Origin: Polyangiales bacterium
Lineage (GTDB): Bacteria > Myxococcota_A > Polyangia > Polyangiales > Ga0077539
Reading direction: 5' to 3'
Assembly (NCBI GenBank): GCA_041389825.1
Contig: JAWKRC010000007.1
Coordinates: 125,093 to 189,092, forward strand
Length of the DNA stretch: 64,000 nt
Numbering within the stretch: the first letter of the stretch is position 1; each line of letters starts with the position of its first letter. The notes beneath the pieces were generated by a model. That model had not been told where the DNA came from, searched no databases, and saw only the letters and a list, made by a program, of their open reading frames with translations. The translations under genes and the position numbers were made by a program. This document shows, one piece after another, positions 17,867-31,013 of the stretch.

Positions 17867-18814
17867 GGCCGCACCTCGGCGCCGTTGGCGACGTGGAGGC
17901 CGTGGGCCGCGGGCGCCGCGGGCTCGAGGCTCTTGCGGTTGTGCAGGCGCATGTGCCCGTGCTGGATGCCCTCAGACGCGAGCGCGCGCAGCGCCGCGAG
18001 GTTCGACGCGAGGCCCACCGACGCGAGAACCACCGAGAGCGCCCTCGCCTCGCGCACCCGCAGGATCTCGAAGGCCGCGCGCCACGCCGTCGGCCACGTC
18101 GTCACCGCCGAGCGCCTCGGCGCTCACCTCGCACCACGCCTTCACGGTGCGCCGGTCGGGCAGGTTCGACAGGATCCGGAGCCCCACCCTGCCCCCGAGC
18201 GCCTCTGCGATGGCCGGCGCGACGGCCTCGGCCACGGTGTCGACGGTGTTGGCCCCCATCGCGTCGCCCACGTCGACGTAGAGGTGCACCACCACCACGC
18301 CCTCGGCCGCGTCGAGCACGCGCACGTCGAGGTCGCGGCACCCGAGGCCCCGCTCCACCATGCGCGGGATCGACGCGTCGCCCAGCGCGAGGATCGCGCC
18401 GCGCAACGCCTCGACCTTCGCGGGCGCGCCCTCGGCGTCGGGCACCTCGTCGAGCTGCACCTGCGCGGTCATCACCGACGCCGTCGCCTCGCCGTGAAAG
18501 CCCCCCGACGCGCGCACCATGCGGGCGGCGTTGCTCGCGGCGGCCACCACCGAGGGCTCCTCGACGGCCATGGGCACGACGTGGTCGCGGCCGTTGATCG
18601 TGAAGTTCAGCGCCACCGAGAGCGGCAGGCCGCAGACGGCCACCACGTTCTCGCTCATCCGGTCGGCGACCGAGACCTCGAGCCCGCCGCCCGCGACGAG
18701 CCAGCGCAGGGCCTCTCCGTCGACGCCGGCCTCCGCCGCGAGGGCCGCGACGCGCTCTCGCACGCCGTGCTTGTAGAAGCCGCTGATGCGGCTCGTGTAC
18801 CGGGGGTCGCTCAT
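17863..18814 (-). pseudogene. class II HMG-CoA reductase, disrupted (frameshift plus ~90-aa internal deletion)
   Basis: ORF 17972..18814 encodes the N-terminal ~270 aa (ENVVAVCGLP..., VDVGDAMGANTV..., RILSNLPDRR...). The C-terminus ([43 protein letters not shown]) is in another frame (17863..18105), and the two overlap. Between the two segments the region covering the catalytic His and the NKGIMNGID motif is absent. Confidence 0.6.
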
Positions 18815-18817
18815 CGA

Positions 18818-19822
18818 CTACGCCTCCTCTGTGTCGCCGCGGGTCGCGCCGAGGGCGCGCAGGGTCTGGTCGAGCTCCGCGGGCGTGAGCGCCTGCGGGC
18901 CGTCGCTCAGCGCGCGCCCCGGGTCGTCGTGGGTCTCGATCATCACGCCCGCCGCCCCCGCCGCGAGCGCGGCCCTCGCGAGCGGCAGCACCAGGTCGCG
19001 GCGCCCCGTCGCGTGCGAGGGGTCGACCACGACGGGCAGCCCGTACACCGTCGACAGGAGCGCCACCGCCCCGAGGTCGAGGAGGTTGCGCGTCGCGTCG
19101 TCGAAGCCGCGGATGCCGCGCTCGCAGAAGATCACCCCGGGCGCGCCGTGCGAGAGCAGGTACTCGCCCGCGAGGAGCCACTCCTCTACGGTGGCCGACA
19201 TCGCGCGCTTGAGGAGCACCGGCCGGCCGCAGCGGCCGAGGGCCTTGAGCAGCGAGAAGTTCTGCATGTTGCGCGAGCCGACCTGCACCACGTCGCACCA
19301 CTCGGCGACGCGGGGCGCCTCGACCTCGCCCATGGCCTCGGTCACGACCTTGAGCCCGTGCGCGTCGCCCGCGGCGCGCAGCCAGCGCAGGCCCTCGTCG
19401 CCGTGCCCCTGGAAGGCGTACGGAGACGTGCGCGGCTTGAACGCCCCGCCGCGGAGGAACTTCGCCCCCGCCTTCGCGACCCGCGCCGCGATAGCGCGCT
19501 CGCCTGGGCCTCGCTCTCGACCGCGCACGGCCGCAGAGAACACCGGCGCGCCGCCGCCCACCTTCACGCCGCCGACGTCGACCACGAGGCCTTGCGCGTC
19601 GACGCGGGGTGCGCGCTTCGGCAGGCTCGCCACGCCCGCGACGCCCTCGTGGCGGCCACCGCCGCGGGGTCGACCCTGCGCGACGCAGGCCACCGAGAAG
19701 TGCCGCACCTTGCCCGACGCGTCGGCGAGGGGCGTGGCCCACAGCCCGCGCGCGGCGAGCTCCCGACGCACGAACTCGGCGTCGGCCCTGTCGTGTAGCG
19801 AGACGATCATCGCCGCCTCCAT
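18818..19822 (-). CDS. 3-deoxy-7-phosphoheptulonate (DAHP) synthase, type I-beta with N-terminal ferredoxin-like regulatory domain
   Basis: Start at MEAAMIVSL (19822), or MIVSL (19810). Near-colinear with Thermotoga-type DAHPS: ...FLRGGAFKPRTSPYAFQG...VVTEAMGE...VQVGSRNMQNF...LLKR...CERGIRGFDDATRN...VVVDPSH. One short internal stretch looks frame-garbled. The first 166 codons of the ORF as called are an Arg/Ser-rich artefact. Confidence 0.7.
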   Translation of the reverse strand: MEAAMIVSLHDRADAEFVRRELAARGLWATPLADASGKVRHFSVACVAQGRPRGGGRHEGVAGVASLPKRAPRVDAQGLVVDVGGVKVGGGAPVFSAAVRGRERGPGERAIAARVAKAGAKFLRGGAFKPRTSPYAFQGHGDEGLRWLRAAGDAHGLKVVTEAMGEVEAPRVAEWCDVVQVGSRNMQNFSLLKALGRCGRPVLLKRAMSATVEEWLLAGEYLLSHGAPGVIFCERGIRGFDDATRNLLDLGAVALLSTVYGLPVVVDPSHATGRRDLVLPLARAALAAGAAGVMIETHDDPGRALSDGPQALTPAELDQTLRALGATRGDTEEA

Positions 19823-19841
19823 CACTTCACCCGCTCGATCA

Positions 19842-20821
19842 TCATGTGGGCGACGCCCTCGAGCGACGCCCTCGCCCGCCCCTCGGGCAGGGCCGCGAGC
19901 ACGCGAGCGCCTCGTCGACCTTCTGCGACGCGAGCGATCGCGAGGCGTCGATGGCGCCGGTGTGCTTGAGCGCCGCGCCCACGCGCGCGGCCGAGGCCTC
20001 GTCGAGCTCCCGCGGCTCGCCCGCGACGGCGTCGGTGACCCAGCGCGCGAAGGCCGGGTCGCGCTCGACGGCGATGAGCACGGGGTGGGTGACCTTGCCT
20101 TCGCGAAGGTCGGCGAAGAGGGGCTTGCCCGTGAGGGCCGCCTCGCCCGCCACGTCGAGCACGTCATCGATGACCTGGAAGGCCACGCCCAGCGTCTGCG
20201 AAGCGCGCGAGCGACGCGCACGCCTCGAGGCGAGCCCGCCCGCCGTCGCGCCCGCGAGCGACCAGCGGAACGCACCAGTCTGCCCTCGGCCCGGCGAAAT
20301 GCGCGCACGAGGCCAGGCACGCTCTGCGAACACGCGAACTGGCGCCTCGGCCTGGATCACGACACCGCAGCAACGCCTCGTCGAAGGCGTCAACCTTCCA
20401 CGCTGAAATGCCGAAGCCTCAATCAAACCAGTGTGCCGTTCAGCGCGATGATCGCCGAAGCTGCGCAGGTGGGCGCGCCGCGGCCGGCGCTCTCGAGGTC
20501 GACGACGTCGTCGTGGAGGGCGTCGCCGAGTGCACGACTCGGCAGCGACGGCGAGGTCCTTCGCGGCGGGGTGAAGCCGCTCCCCGCGCTGGGCCGCGAG
20601 GGCGACGCAGAGCAGGCGCAGGCGCTTGCCGCCGAGAGAGACGAGGTGCCGCGCGGCGCCGTGCATGGGCGTGTCGCGGCGCTCGATGAGCGAGAGCTCG
20701 CGCTCGACGTCTTCGAGGTCGGAGAGCACCCAGCGGCGCAGGTCGCCGAGGCGCGACGAGCGCGATCGAGCTCTTCGGCGCGGGTGAGCTTCTCGAGCTG
20801 GTGGAGCGTCGCGGCGCCCAC
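19842..20821 (-). pseudogene. polyprenyl diphosphate synthase (IspB/GGPPS family), frameshifted
   Basis: The N-terminus (GGKRLRLLCVALAAQ) and C-terminus (LGVAFQVIDDVLDVAGEAALTGKPLFADLREGKVTHPVLIA) sit in the frame of ORF 19842..20729. The first Asp-rich motif region (ALHDDVVDLESAGRGAPT) sits in the frame of ORF 20423..20821. The middle of the protein is not readable in any single frame. Confidence 0.55.
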
Positions 20822-20885
20822 CTCGACAGCGGCTCAGCGGCGCTCACGCGCGCCTCCCGCGGAGCGCGCTCGCCACGCGGTTCAT

Positions 20886-21419
20886 CTACAGGAGGTCGCC
20901 GAACTCCCTGAAGTCGGCCCGCTGCGACGAGAGGAAGCCGCCGATCACCGACTCGGCCATCGCCGCGAAGGACAGGAGCCGCCCGAGCCGCTCGACCTTC
21001 GCCCGCACCTCGGCGGTCGACCCGCTCTGCCGCAGGAGCGCACGCGCGCGCTCCAGCCGCTCGCGCACGCTCCCCGCGAGGAAGCGCTCGCGCTCCTGCA
21101 CCACCTTCGAGATCATCTTCCAGAAGTCGGTCTCGGCCTCGAAGAAGTCTCTGCGCTCGCCGGGCCGCCAGACCTTGCGCACGACGCCCCACCGCTGAAG
21201 CTCCGTGAGCGTCATGCTCATGGCCCCCGTCGACACCGACAGCCGCTCGGTCAGCACCTGCGCGGGCAGCGCCTCGCCCGCGAGGTAGAGCACCGTCCAC
21301 GTCCGCCCCAGGGCCTTGCGAAAGCCCCAGTGCTCGATCACGTCTCCGATCGCGTCGGCGGCCAGGAGCTCGGCCTCTCGGGCGGGGGTCAGGTCCATCA
21401 TCGCCTCATGAAGTTTCAA
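20886..21419 (-). CDS. GbsR/MarR-family HTH transcriptional regulator
   Basis: 177 aa. WGFRKALGRTWTVLYL...LSVSTGAMSMTLTELQRWGVVRKVWRPGERRDFFEAE matches the GbsR/OpcR winged-helix pattern. Confidence 0.6.
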   Translation of the reverse strand: MKLHEAMMDLTPAREAELLAADAIGDVIEHWGFRKALGRTWTVLYLAGEALPAQVLTERLSVSTGAMSMTLTELQRWGVVRKVWRPGERRDFFEAETDFWKMISKVVQERERFLAGSVRERLERARALLRQSGSTAEVRAKVERLGRLLSFAAMAESVIGGFLSSQRADFREFGDLL

Positions 21420-21489
21420 AAACTTTTGAAGGCTCTGTAGACGCGAGGCCCCCGCCGGTCAAGGCCGCCGGCCGACCCGCCCCCCTGGC

Positions 21490-22611
21490 TCAGCGCTTCT
21501 TCAGCGGCACGTCGTCGAGGTTCACCGCCCGCGCGTAGCGCGACGCGTCGGGGTTCTCGCTCCCCTCGCTCGCCACGACCCGGTGGTTCACCCCGTCGGT
21601 CCAGTACGTGTGAAAGCCCGCCGGCGCGCCGGTGTAGACCACGCCCGTCGTCGGGTCGACCACGTCGACCACCTCACGCACGCCGTTGACCGCGCGGCGG
21701 TGCATCTCGTCGCTCGACGCCTGCTGCGCGCGCCACCCCGCCATCTGGCTCGCGGCCGCCGAGGCGTTCGCGTCGGCGCTGATCTGCGCGCGCTGCGCCG
21801 CGGCCTGGATCGCCTCCATCCCGCTCTGGTGCTGCATCCTCAGGATCGCGTTGCCCGTGGCGATGGTGTCCATCGCCATCTGGTGGCTCACCTGCCGCTG
21901 CATCGCCTGCGCCTGCTCGAAGTCCGCCGTGAACGAGAAGGTGCGCGCGATCGCGACGAGGCTCTCCTTTACCGCGGGCCACGCGTCGGCGGGGCCGAGG
22001 AGCGCGGTCACGAAGGGCACCCAGCTCGACCCCATCGCCGTGGGCATCCGAAGGCAGGTCACGTCGACGATCCCGCGTCGGCCCTGGTCGGGCAGCGCGA
22101 ACTCCACCCCCGCCATCGACGCGCCCTGCTGCTGCATCCACTCGATCCGCTGCCGCTTCTCGGGCCGCGTCTCCTCCGCGACGATCTCTCGCGTCGAGCG
22201 CGCGCGCAGCGGCTCGAAGCGCGTCGCGCCCGACTCCCGCGCGAAGCCCCGCGCGTACTCGTCGGCGAAGACCTCGGGCGGCGTGAAGGGGCGGATCACC
22301 ACCCCGGGGATCGGCATCATCCCCCACGACGGCTCGAGGAAGCTCGTCGGCATCCGCGGGTCGACCACGCGCAGCTCGGCGCCCCCGCCCGGGCTTCGCA
22401 CGCGGTACCACGGGCGCATCTCGGCCCCGGCGTGGATCACCCCGCCCTCGACCTGCCAGCCCTCGGGCGCGACCAGCGTGAAGGCGCGCGCGCGCGGCTC
22501 GGTCCATCGAACGAAGCGCGGCGCCGTCTCTCCGGCGCTCCCCTCGCGCCGGTCACCAGTGTCGGGTGGTTCCATGGGTTCTCCTCCGGTGGGATGGTGC
22601 CCGTGGGTCAT
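21490..22611 (-). CDS. hypothetical protein
   Basis: 373 aa with good GC3 bias; no family assigned. Confidence 0.45.
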   Translation of the reverse strand: MTHGHHPTGGEPMEPPDTGDRREGSAGETAPRFVRWTEPRARAFTLVAPEGWQVEGGVIHAGAEMRPWYRVRSPGGGAELRVVDPRMPTSFLEPSWGMMPIPGVVIRPFTPPEVFADEYARGFARESGATRFEPLRARSTREIVAEETRPEKRQRIEWMQQQGASMAGVEFALPDQGRRGIVDVTCLRMPTAMGSSWVPFVTALLGPADAWPAVKESLVAIARTFSFTADFEQAQAMQRQVSHQMAMDTIATGNAILRMQHQSGMEAIQAAAQRAQISADANASAAASQMAGWRAQQASSDEMHRRAVNGVREVVDVVDPTTGVVYTGAPAGFHTYWTDGVNHRVVASEGSENPDASRYARAVNLDDVPLKKR

Positions 22612-22633
22612 ACGCCTCCCGCGGGCGCGGCGC

Positions 22634-23783
22634 TCACCACGGTCGACGCGCGGCGTCGCTGTAGACCCCTCGCGCCATCAGCGACAGCGCTCCCGCGGCG
22701 CGGCGCTCGTAGATCTCCCGACGCGCGTCGATCACACCGTCGTCGTCGGGCGCGCAGCGCGCCGCGTGGTCGACCAGCGCGCACGCGAGCGCGAGCTCTC
22801 CCGCGTCGGCGAGCGCCTTCGCCCGCGTCGACACCGCGCGAGCGCCGCCCGCGAGCGCGCAGACCTCGCGCGAGAGCGCCGACGCATCCGGCGGGTGGAG
22901 CCGCGCGGGGTCGCCGTCCCACCACCCGCCGTAGAGCCTCCACACGTTTCGCACGATGAAGGCCGGCTCGTCGTAGAGCGGGCGCAGGTAGGGTCGCTCG
23001 ATGAGGCGCCGCCCAGGGAGCTCACCTCAGCCACGATGTCGTCGAGGCGCATCCCCGCCGTTCATCCTCGCGAGCGCCTCGTCGTGGAGGAACTCCAAGG
23101 GCGACGCCGTCTCGTCGAGGGCGCAGCGCACGCGCTCGCGGCCCAGATCGGCAGGCCGTGCCCAGCATCACCTCGGCGTCGAGGGCGAGCATCTCTCGCA
23201 GCGCGCGGGCCCTCCAGCAGGTAGCGCTGCACCTTCTGGGGGTTGCCGCGATTGGGCGTCGCCCAGATGGAGAGAGGTCGCCCGCTTCAGGCACCGCCGC
23301 GACGGGAGCCACACCCAGGTCCGTCGTCGGTCTCTCCGCGGGCGTGGCGCCAGCTCCCGACGCTCGTCGCCGACGGTGACCGTGAGCGCGTCGCGGCAGG
23401 TCACGTCGGGCGCGCGCAGCCGCGACTGACCACTCGACCTCGACCTGGAACTGCCGCGCGTTGATCACGCGTTGTAGCCGCCGCAGGTCATCGCGTAGCG
23501 GGCGAAGCGCGCCGAGACGGCCTCGTGGCCGTACCGTGAAGGGTCGGCCCTCGGCCTCGAAGCTCGACGCCCACGACGTGGTCGACGTGGCCGTGCGTGC
23601 TAGACCGCCTCGACGGGCGCGTCGCTCCACGCGCGCACCGCGGCGTGGCAGGGCCCGGCGAGCATCGGGCCGCCCGCGTCGACGAGGACGAGCCCGCCGC
23701 CCGCGCGCAGCATCGTGACGTTCGCGGCTCATTTGAAGAGCGTGTCCGGGCGCGACCTCTTGGGGGTCATCACCGGGAGCCAT
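22634..23783 (-). pseudogene. MBL-fold alkyl/aryl-sulfatase-like hydrolase, multiply frameshifted; 5' boundary uncertain
   Basis: A THGHVDHVVG metallo-beta-lactamase motif and an upstream VTMLRAGGGLVLVDAGGPMLAGP segment are readable only in frames other than the main ORFs. An alkyl-sulfatase dimerisation-domain-like C-terminus (GGWWDGDPARL...IYERRAAGALSLMARGVY) lies in ORF 22634..22954. Confidence 0.45.
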
Positions 23784-24256
23784 CGGCGGCTCGGCGTCGG
23801 GGTCGATGGAGCCGTCCCAATACGCGTCCGGTGCGCACGCGCGGAGTCATGACGGGAGTGTCGGCGGCGAGGGCGCCCGCCACAAGCGCCGCTGTTCATC
23901 CGAGCGGGGACGGTCCATCGTAGAAGGGCCATGAAGCCCAGCCCCCACCCCTCGGTCGTCCTCGCCCAGGCGCTGCGAGGTCGAGCGCATCCGGGCGATC
24001 GTGCGCGAGGGGATGGGGCCTCGGGCTGCGCCCCACGGCCGCGCGGGTGAAGCCCAGCATCGTCGTCGGGCCCGCTCTTCCAGAACGCCTTCACCGCTCC
24101 GGGAGTTCATGGAGGGCGTGCTCCTCGCGATCAAAGACCGCGACGACCGCGACCGCGTGACCGAGCTCGCCGTGGGCGAGCGCTGCGGGATCACCATCCC
24201 CACGCGTCGGGCCTTCGAGGGCGCGGGCTACAACGAGGTGCTCGAGCGCCAGCGAA

Positions 24257-25444
<1,188 letters not shown>

Positions 25445-25528
25445 CCGACCGCGCCTGCGGACCTTGACCCGCACCGCGCTCCCTGTGTAATGCCGCGCTC
25501 CTCCATCCACCCATCGGGAGACGGCGTG

Positions 25529-27169
25529 ATGACCCTTGATCGTAGGTTCCTTCTGGCCCTCGGCGCGGTCGCGGCGGCGGGCTGCGGCGACGCCACCACC
25601 GGCGGCAACACCGTGGTCGACAGCGGCGCGACCACCGACCGCGGCGCGGTGACCGACACCGGCAACCCCGGCACCGACGCCGGCGACATGGACTCCGGCG
25701 CGCCCACCGACGCGGGCGGCCAGACCGACGCGACGCGCTCCGACGCGCGCGCCGACGCGGGCCCGCCCTACGACCCCTGCATGGGCGCCGTCGACCTCAG
25801 CGCGATGGGCATGCGCTCGGGCGAGACCACCCGCATCACCAGCAACAACCGCATGGTCGGCGCGATGGCCCCGCTGCGCGCGCCCTGCGGCGGCACGACG
25901 GGCCACCAGGTGGTCTTCCGCTACACCCCCCGCGCCTCGACGCGCCTGCGCATCAGCACCGACAACCCCGGCACCGACAACACCCTCGACACGGTGGTGT
26001 GGGCGCAGCCCGGCCCCTCGTGCGCGTCGCTCTCCCCCGAGGGCGGCACCGCGCTCGGCTGCGACGACGACTCGGGCGGCACCTCGGCGGGCGGCGACGC
26101 GGGCGTCTCGCGCGCGTGGACCTCGTCGTTCACCACCGCGTCGGTGACGGCGGGTCAGCCCATCTACATCGTCGTGGGCGCGTGGATCTCGGGGTCGACG
26201 GGCCTCCCGCTCGACGGCCACGCCGCGCAGGGCCAGTTCGAGCTCTCGGTCACCGAGATCACCACGGTCGCCGCGGGCGGCGCGTGCGACCCGATGGGCG
26301 TGATGAACTCCTGCGCGATGGGCACCACCTGCATCACCGCGGGCTCGGCCTCGACCTGCGTGGCCGACGGCGCCGCGGGCGGCCGCTGCCGCGCGACGGG
26401 CGCGGCCTGCGACTCGGGCCTCGCGTGCAGCGGGAGCCAGACCTCGTCGTCGTCGCGCTGCCGCATGACCGTCGCGATGGGCGGCGCGTGCGACCCGATG
26501 GGCGTGATGAACGTCTGCGCCGCGGGCACCTCGTGCGTCACCGCGGGCGGGTCGTCGACCTGCCAGGCGCCGCCCTACGCCGAGAGCCCGATCGCGAGCC
26601 CGATGTTCGTCGACGCGTGCGCCATGGGCACGCGGGTGATGCTCGCGGGCAGCTCGCTCGACGACAACCACGCGATGGCGGCGATCACCATCCCGTGGTC
26701 GTTCCAGTTCTACGGCACGGGCTACACGGCGATCTGGCCGAGCACCAACGGCTACGCGGTCTTCGGCACCACCGCCCCGATGGACCGCTTCTCCGCGACG
26801 CTCCCGCTCACCACCGAGGGCCCCCTCGCGGCGCCCTTCTTCGCCGACCTCGTGCTCCGCGCGATGAACTCCGGCATCTGCACGGCGACCGTCGGCGCCG
26901 CTCCCAACCGCCGCCTCGTCGTCGAGTGGCAAGACGCGCAGGAGATCGACACCGACTCCACGCACCTCACCTTCGAGCTGATCCTCAACGAGTCGGGCAA
27001 CACCGTCGACTTCCTCTACCAGCGCCTCGACCCGACCACCGGCGCCGACGCCGCGGCGGCCAACGGCTCCGCGGCCGCCATCGGACTGCAGGGCGCGATG
27101 GGCGCCCGACCCACGGTGCACGCGGGCACCGTGTCGACCGCCGCCGGCATCCGCTTCTCTCCCCGCTGA
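25529..27169 (+). CDS. secreted hypothetical lipoprotein with Cys-containing modules
   Basis: Internal ATG (MTLDRRFLLALGAVAAAGCGD) gives a lipoprotein signal. The mature protein is Thr/Asp/Gly-rich with a repeated ACDPMGVMN(S/V)CA(M/A)GT(T/S)C motif. Confidence 0.6.
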   Translation: MTLDRRFLLALGAVAAAGCGDATTGGNTVVDSGATTDRGAVTDTGNPGTDAGDMDSGAPTDAGGQTDATRSDARADAGPPYDPCMGAVDLSAMGMRSGETTRITSNNRMVGAMAPLRAPCGGTTGHQVVFRYTPRASTRLRISTDNPGTDNTLDTVVWAQPGPSCASLSPEGGTALGCDDDSGGTSAGGDAGVSRAWTSSFTTASVTAGQPIYIVVGAWISGSTGLPLDGHAAQGQFELSVTEITTVAAGGACDPMGVMNSCAMGTTCITAGSASTCVADGAAGGRCRATGAACDSGLACSGSQTSSSSRCRMTVAMGGACDPMGVMNVCAAGTSCVTAGGSSTCQAPPYAESPIASPMFVDACAMGTRVMLAGSSLDDNHAMAAITIPWSFQFYGTGYTAIWPSTNGYAVFGTTAPMDRFSATLPLTTEGPLAAPFFADLVLRAMNSGICTATVGAAPNRRLVVEWQDAQEIDTDSTHLTFELILNESGNTVDFLYQRLDPTTGADAAAANGSAAAIGLQGAMGARPTVHAGTVSTAAGIRFSPR

Positions 27170-27271
27170 CCCCCCGCCGCCCCCTCCCGCGCCGCGGTTC
27201 TCCGTAGAGCCGCGGCGACGCCCGGCGTTATCCTCCGCGCCCGATTCTCACACGCGCGAGGAGCACCGCCG

Positions 27272-29194
<1,923 letters not shown>

Positions 29195-29312
29195 TCTGGA
29201 CGAGGGACTGACCGGGGCGTCGTCGAAGCCCAGACCCTCGCGAGCCGTCAGCGCGCGGCGCTCGCGGGGGGCTGCGCGGGTGTGGCGCTGGTGTCGTGCT
29301 CCTCGAGCTCGG

Positions 29313-29627
29313 TCAGGGTGCGGTCGAGGAGCGCGCGGGTCTCGGGACCCAAGGCCGAGGGGGTGTCCTGCGCGGCCTCGCGGGCGAGGGCGAGCCAATG
29401 ATGCTGCGGCCGCGCGCTGGAGGCGCGCCGAGGTCGCCGCGGAGGTAGAGGTACCGGGACCCGCCCGTCGCGGTCGAGGTGGGCGAGGCCGGGGTAGAGG
29501 TCTCGAGGCTGCTGAGGGCGTGCTCGTAGCGGGCGGCGTGGTAGTGCGCGTCGGCGCGGTCGAGCTGGTCGCGGTAGTTCGTGCAGCCCGCCGCGAGGGC
29601 GAGGGCGAGGAGCATCAGCGCGCGCAT
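29313..29627 (-). CDS. small putative lipoprotein (possibly frameshifted at 3' end)
   Basis: [42 protein letters not shown]... signal plus lipobox. The distal part is Pro/Arg-rich and may be out of frame. Confidence 0.3.
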   Translation of the reverse strand: MRALMLLALALAAGCTNYRDQLDRADAHYHAARYEHALSSLETSTPASPTSTATGGSRYLYLRGDLGAPPARGRSIIGSPSPARPRRTPPRPWVPRPARSSTAP

Positions 29628-30164
29628 CGGGGCGGGAGGATATCCCTTGCGGGCGCTGCGAAAGCGAGGGGGAGAAACATTGCGGCCCCGCTCCCTCGGT
29701 GCGGAGGGGCGGGGCTGGGCGAACGCTCAGGAACTCTGTGGAGGATCGAGGACGAAGCGCGGACGAAGGAAGAGGGACGAAGCGAAGAGCGTTAGGAACG
29801 AAGCTCAGGTCAAGGTCGTCGAAGCGAAGAGAAGATCACGACGGATCAAGCCAAGTGACGACGCGGCGGCGCCCGCGCCGTAAGCAGTGAACAAGCGAGC
29901 TGGCCTCGCGCGCTCCGATGTCGCCTGGGAAAGCCCTTCGGAGCGCGGTGCCGATGCGGAGTCGGCTCAAGCAACCTAAGCGGGTTCTGGGTGAGCAACG
30001 TCGGTGCCAACGCGAGAGATTGCGCGAAGCACCGGTTTTCTCGCGCAGGGCGCGGGCGCACGCGGTGCCGAACCCGGGTGGGGCCCGACATCGCGGGGGT
30101 CAGGGCTGACACGGATGTCGCGGGGTGACCGCGGCGCCCGCCGACACGCGGGGCGGGCGGTGGG

Positions 30165-30806
30165 TCAGAAGACGAAGTGCGAGGCGAGGCCGCCGATGAT
30201 GCCGGCTGCCGTCGACGCGGATGTCGACGTTGCGGTGCGGCCTGAAGTGCAGCGCGACGTGGGGGAGCGAGACGAAGGGCACGACCGGCGGAGGCTCCCG
30301 CCCGAGGTGGAGCGCGGCTCGCTGTAGCGCGTGCCGTCGGAGTAGACGTAGTGGTTGTTCGACTGGTCGCAGTAGCCGCCGCCGCTGACCGTCGTGGGGG
30401 TGCCCCCGGGGGGCGGGCGCACGCGGCAGTCGACGTAGCCCGAGCCGGTGCTGTTGGGCTCGACCTGGTTCCGGTAGAGGTCTCCGCCGACGTACGAGAT
30501 GCCGACGCCGCCGCCGTACTGGATCTCGAACCAGTCGTTGATGCGCGAGGTGTAGAGGAAGAGCGCGTTCACCCCGAGGGTCCAGAGCTGCGACTCGACG
30601 CGTTCGAGGGCGACGTCAGCCTCGCTCTTGCCGCGGATGAGCCCTGCGCTCGTGCCGAGGTCGAGGTACTGGATGCCCACCACGATGTCGAGGAGCCCGT
30701 TGCGGAAGACGTACTCCAGCGCGGGCGAGACGGTGAGCGGGCCCGACCAGTCGCCCTGCACGTGGGCGAAGATCCCACCATCCACGACGGGGTGTTCCAG
30801 AGCCAC
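30165..30806 (-). pseudogene. outer-membrane beta-barrel protein, frameshifted; extends upstream to ~31000
   Basis: The N-terminal ~160 aa of the ORF has a beta-barrel-like alternating pattern. The C-terminal residues ...AAGIIGGLASHFVF give an OMP signature ending in F. An Arg/Ser-rich stretch before that C-terminus indicates a frame error. Confidence 0.4.
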
Positions 30807-31013
30807 ACGCGCAAGTGCCGAGGGAGGCCAGGGCGCGGCCGAAGCGGGGCGGGCCGCGTGGTCGGCCTCGATGACGGCGAGCTCGCGCTGGTCGGCGTGC
30901 CCTCGTTGCGCGCGGCCAGCCGCGCCGCGGGTTCCTGGCGCGGCGGGTGCGGTTCGGAGGGTTTTGGCCGAGCCGAGGCGCTGGCGCGGCGCGGCTGGGG
31001 CGTAGCCGCCGCG

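Noticed and set aside
17177-19798. 873-aa + strand ORF (and the similar 18102..19742 -, 18786..21440 +, 24191..27121 -, 13565..15700 +, 10762..12288 + long ORFs)
   Set aside because: Arg/Ala/Pro/Gly-dominated low-complexity translations lying antisense or out of frame to genes with clear homology. These are the expected stop-codon-poor shadow ORFs of ~70% GC DNA. They have no domain signatures and the wrong periodic GC3 pattern.
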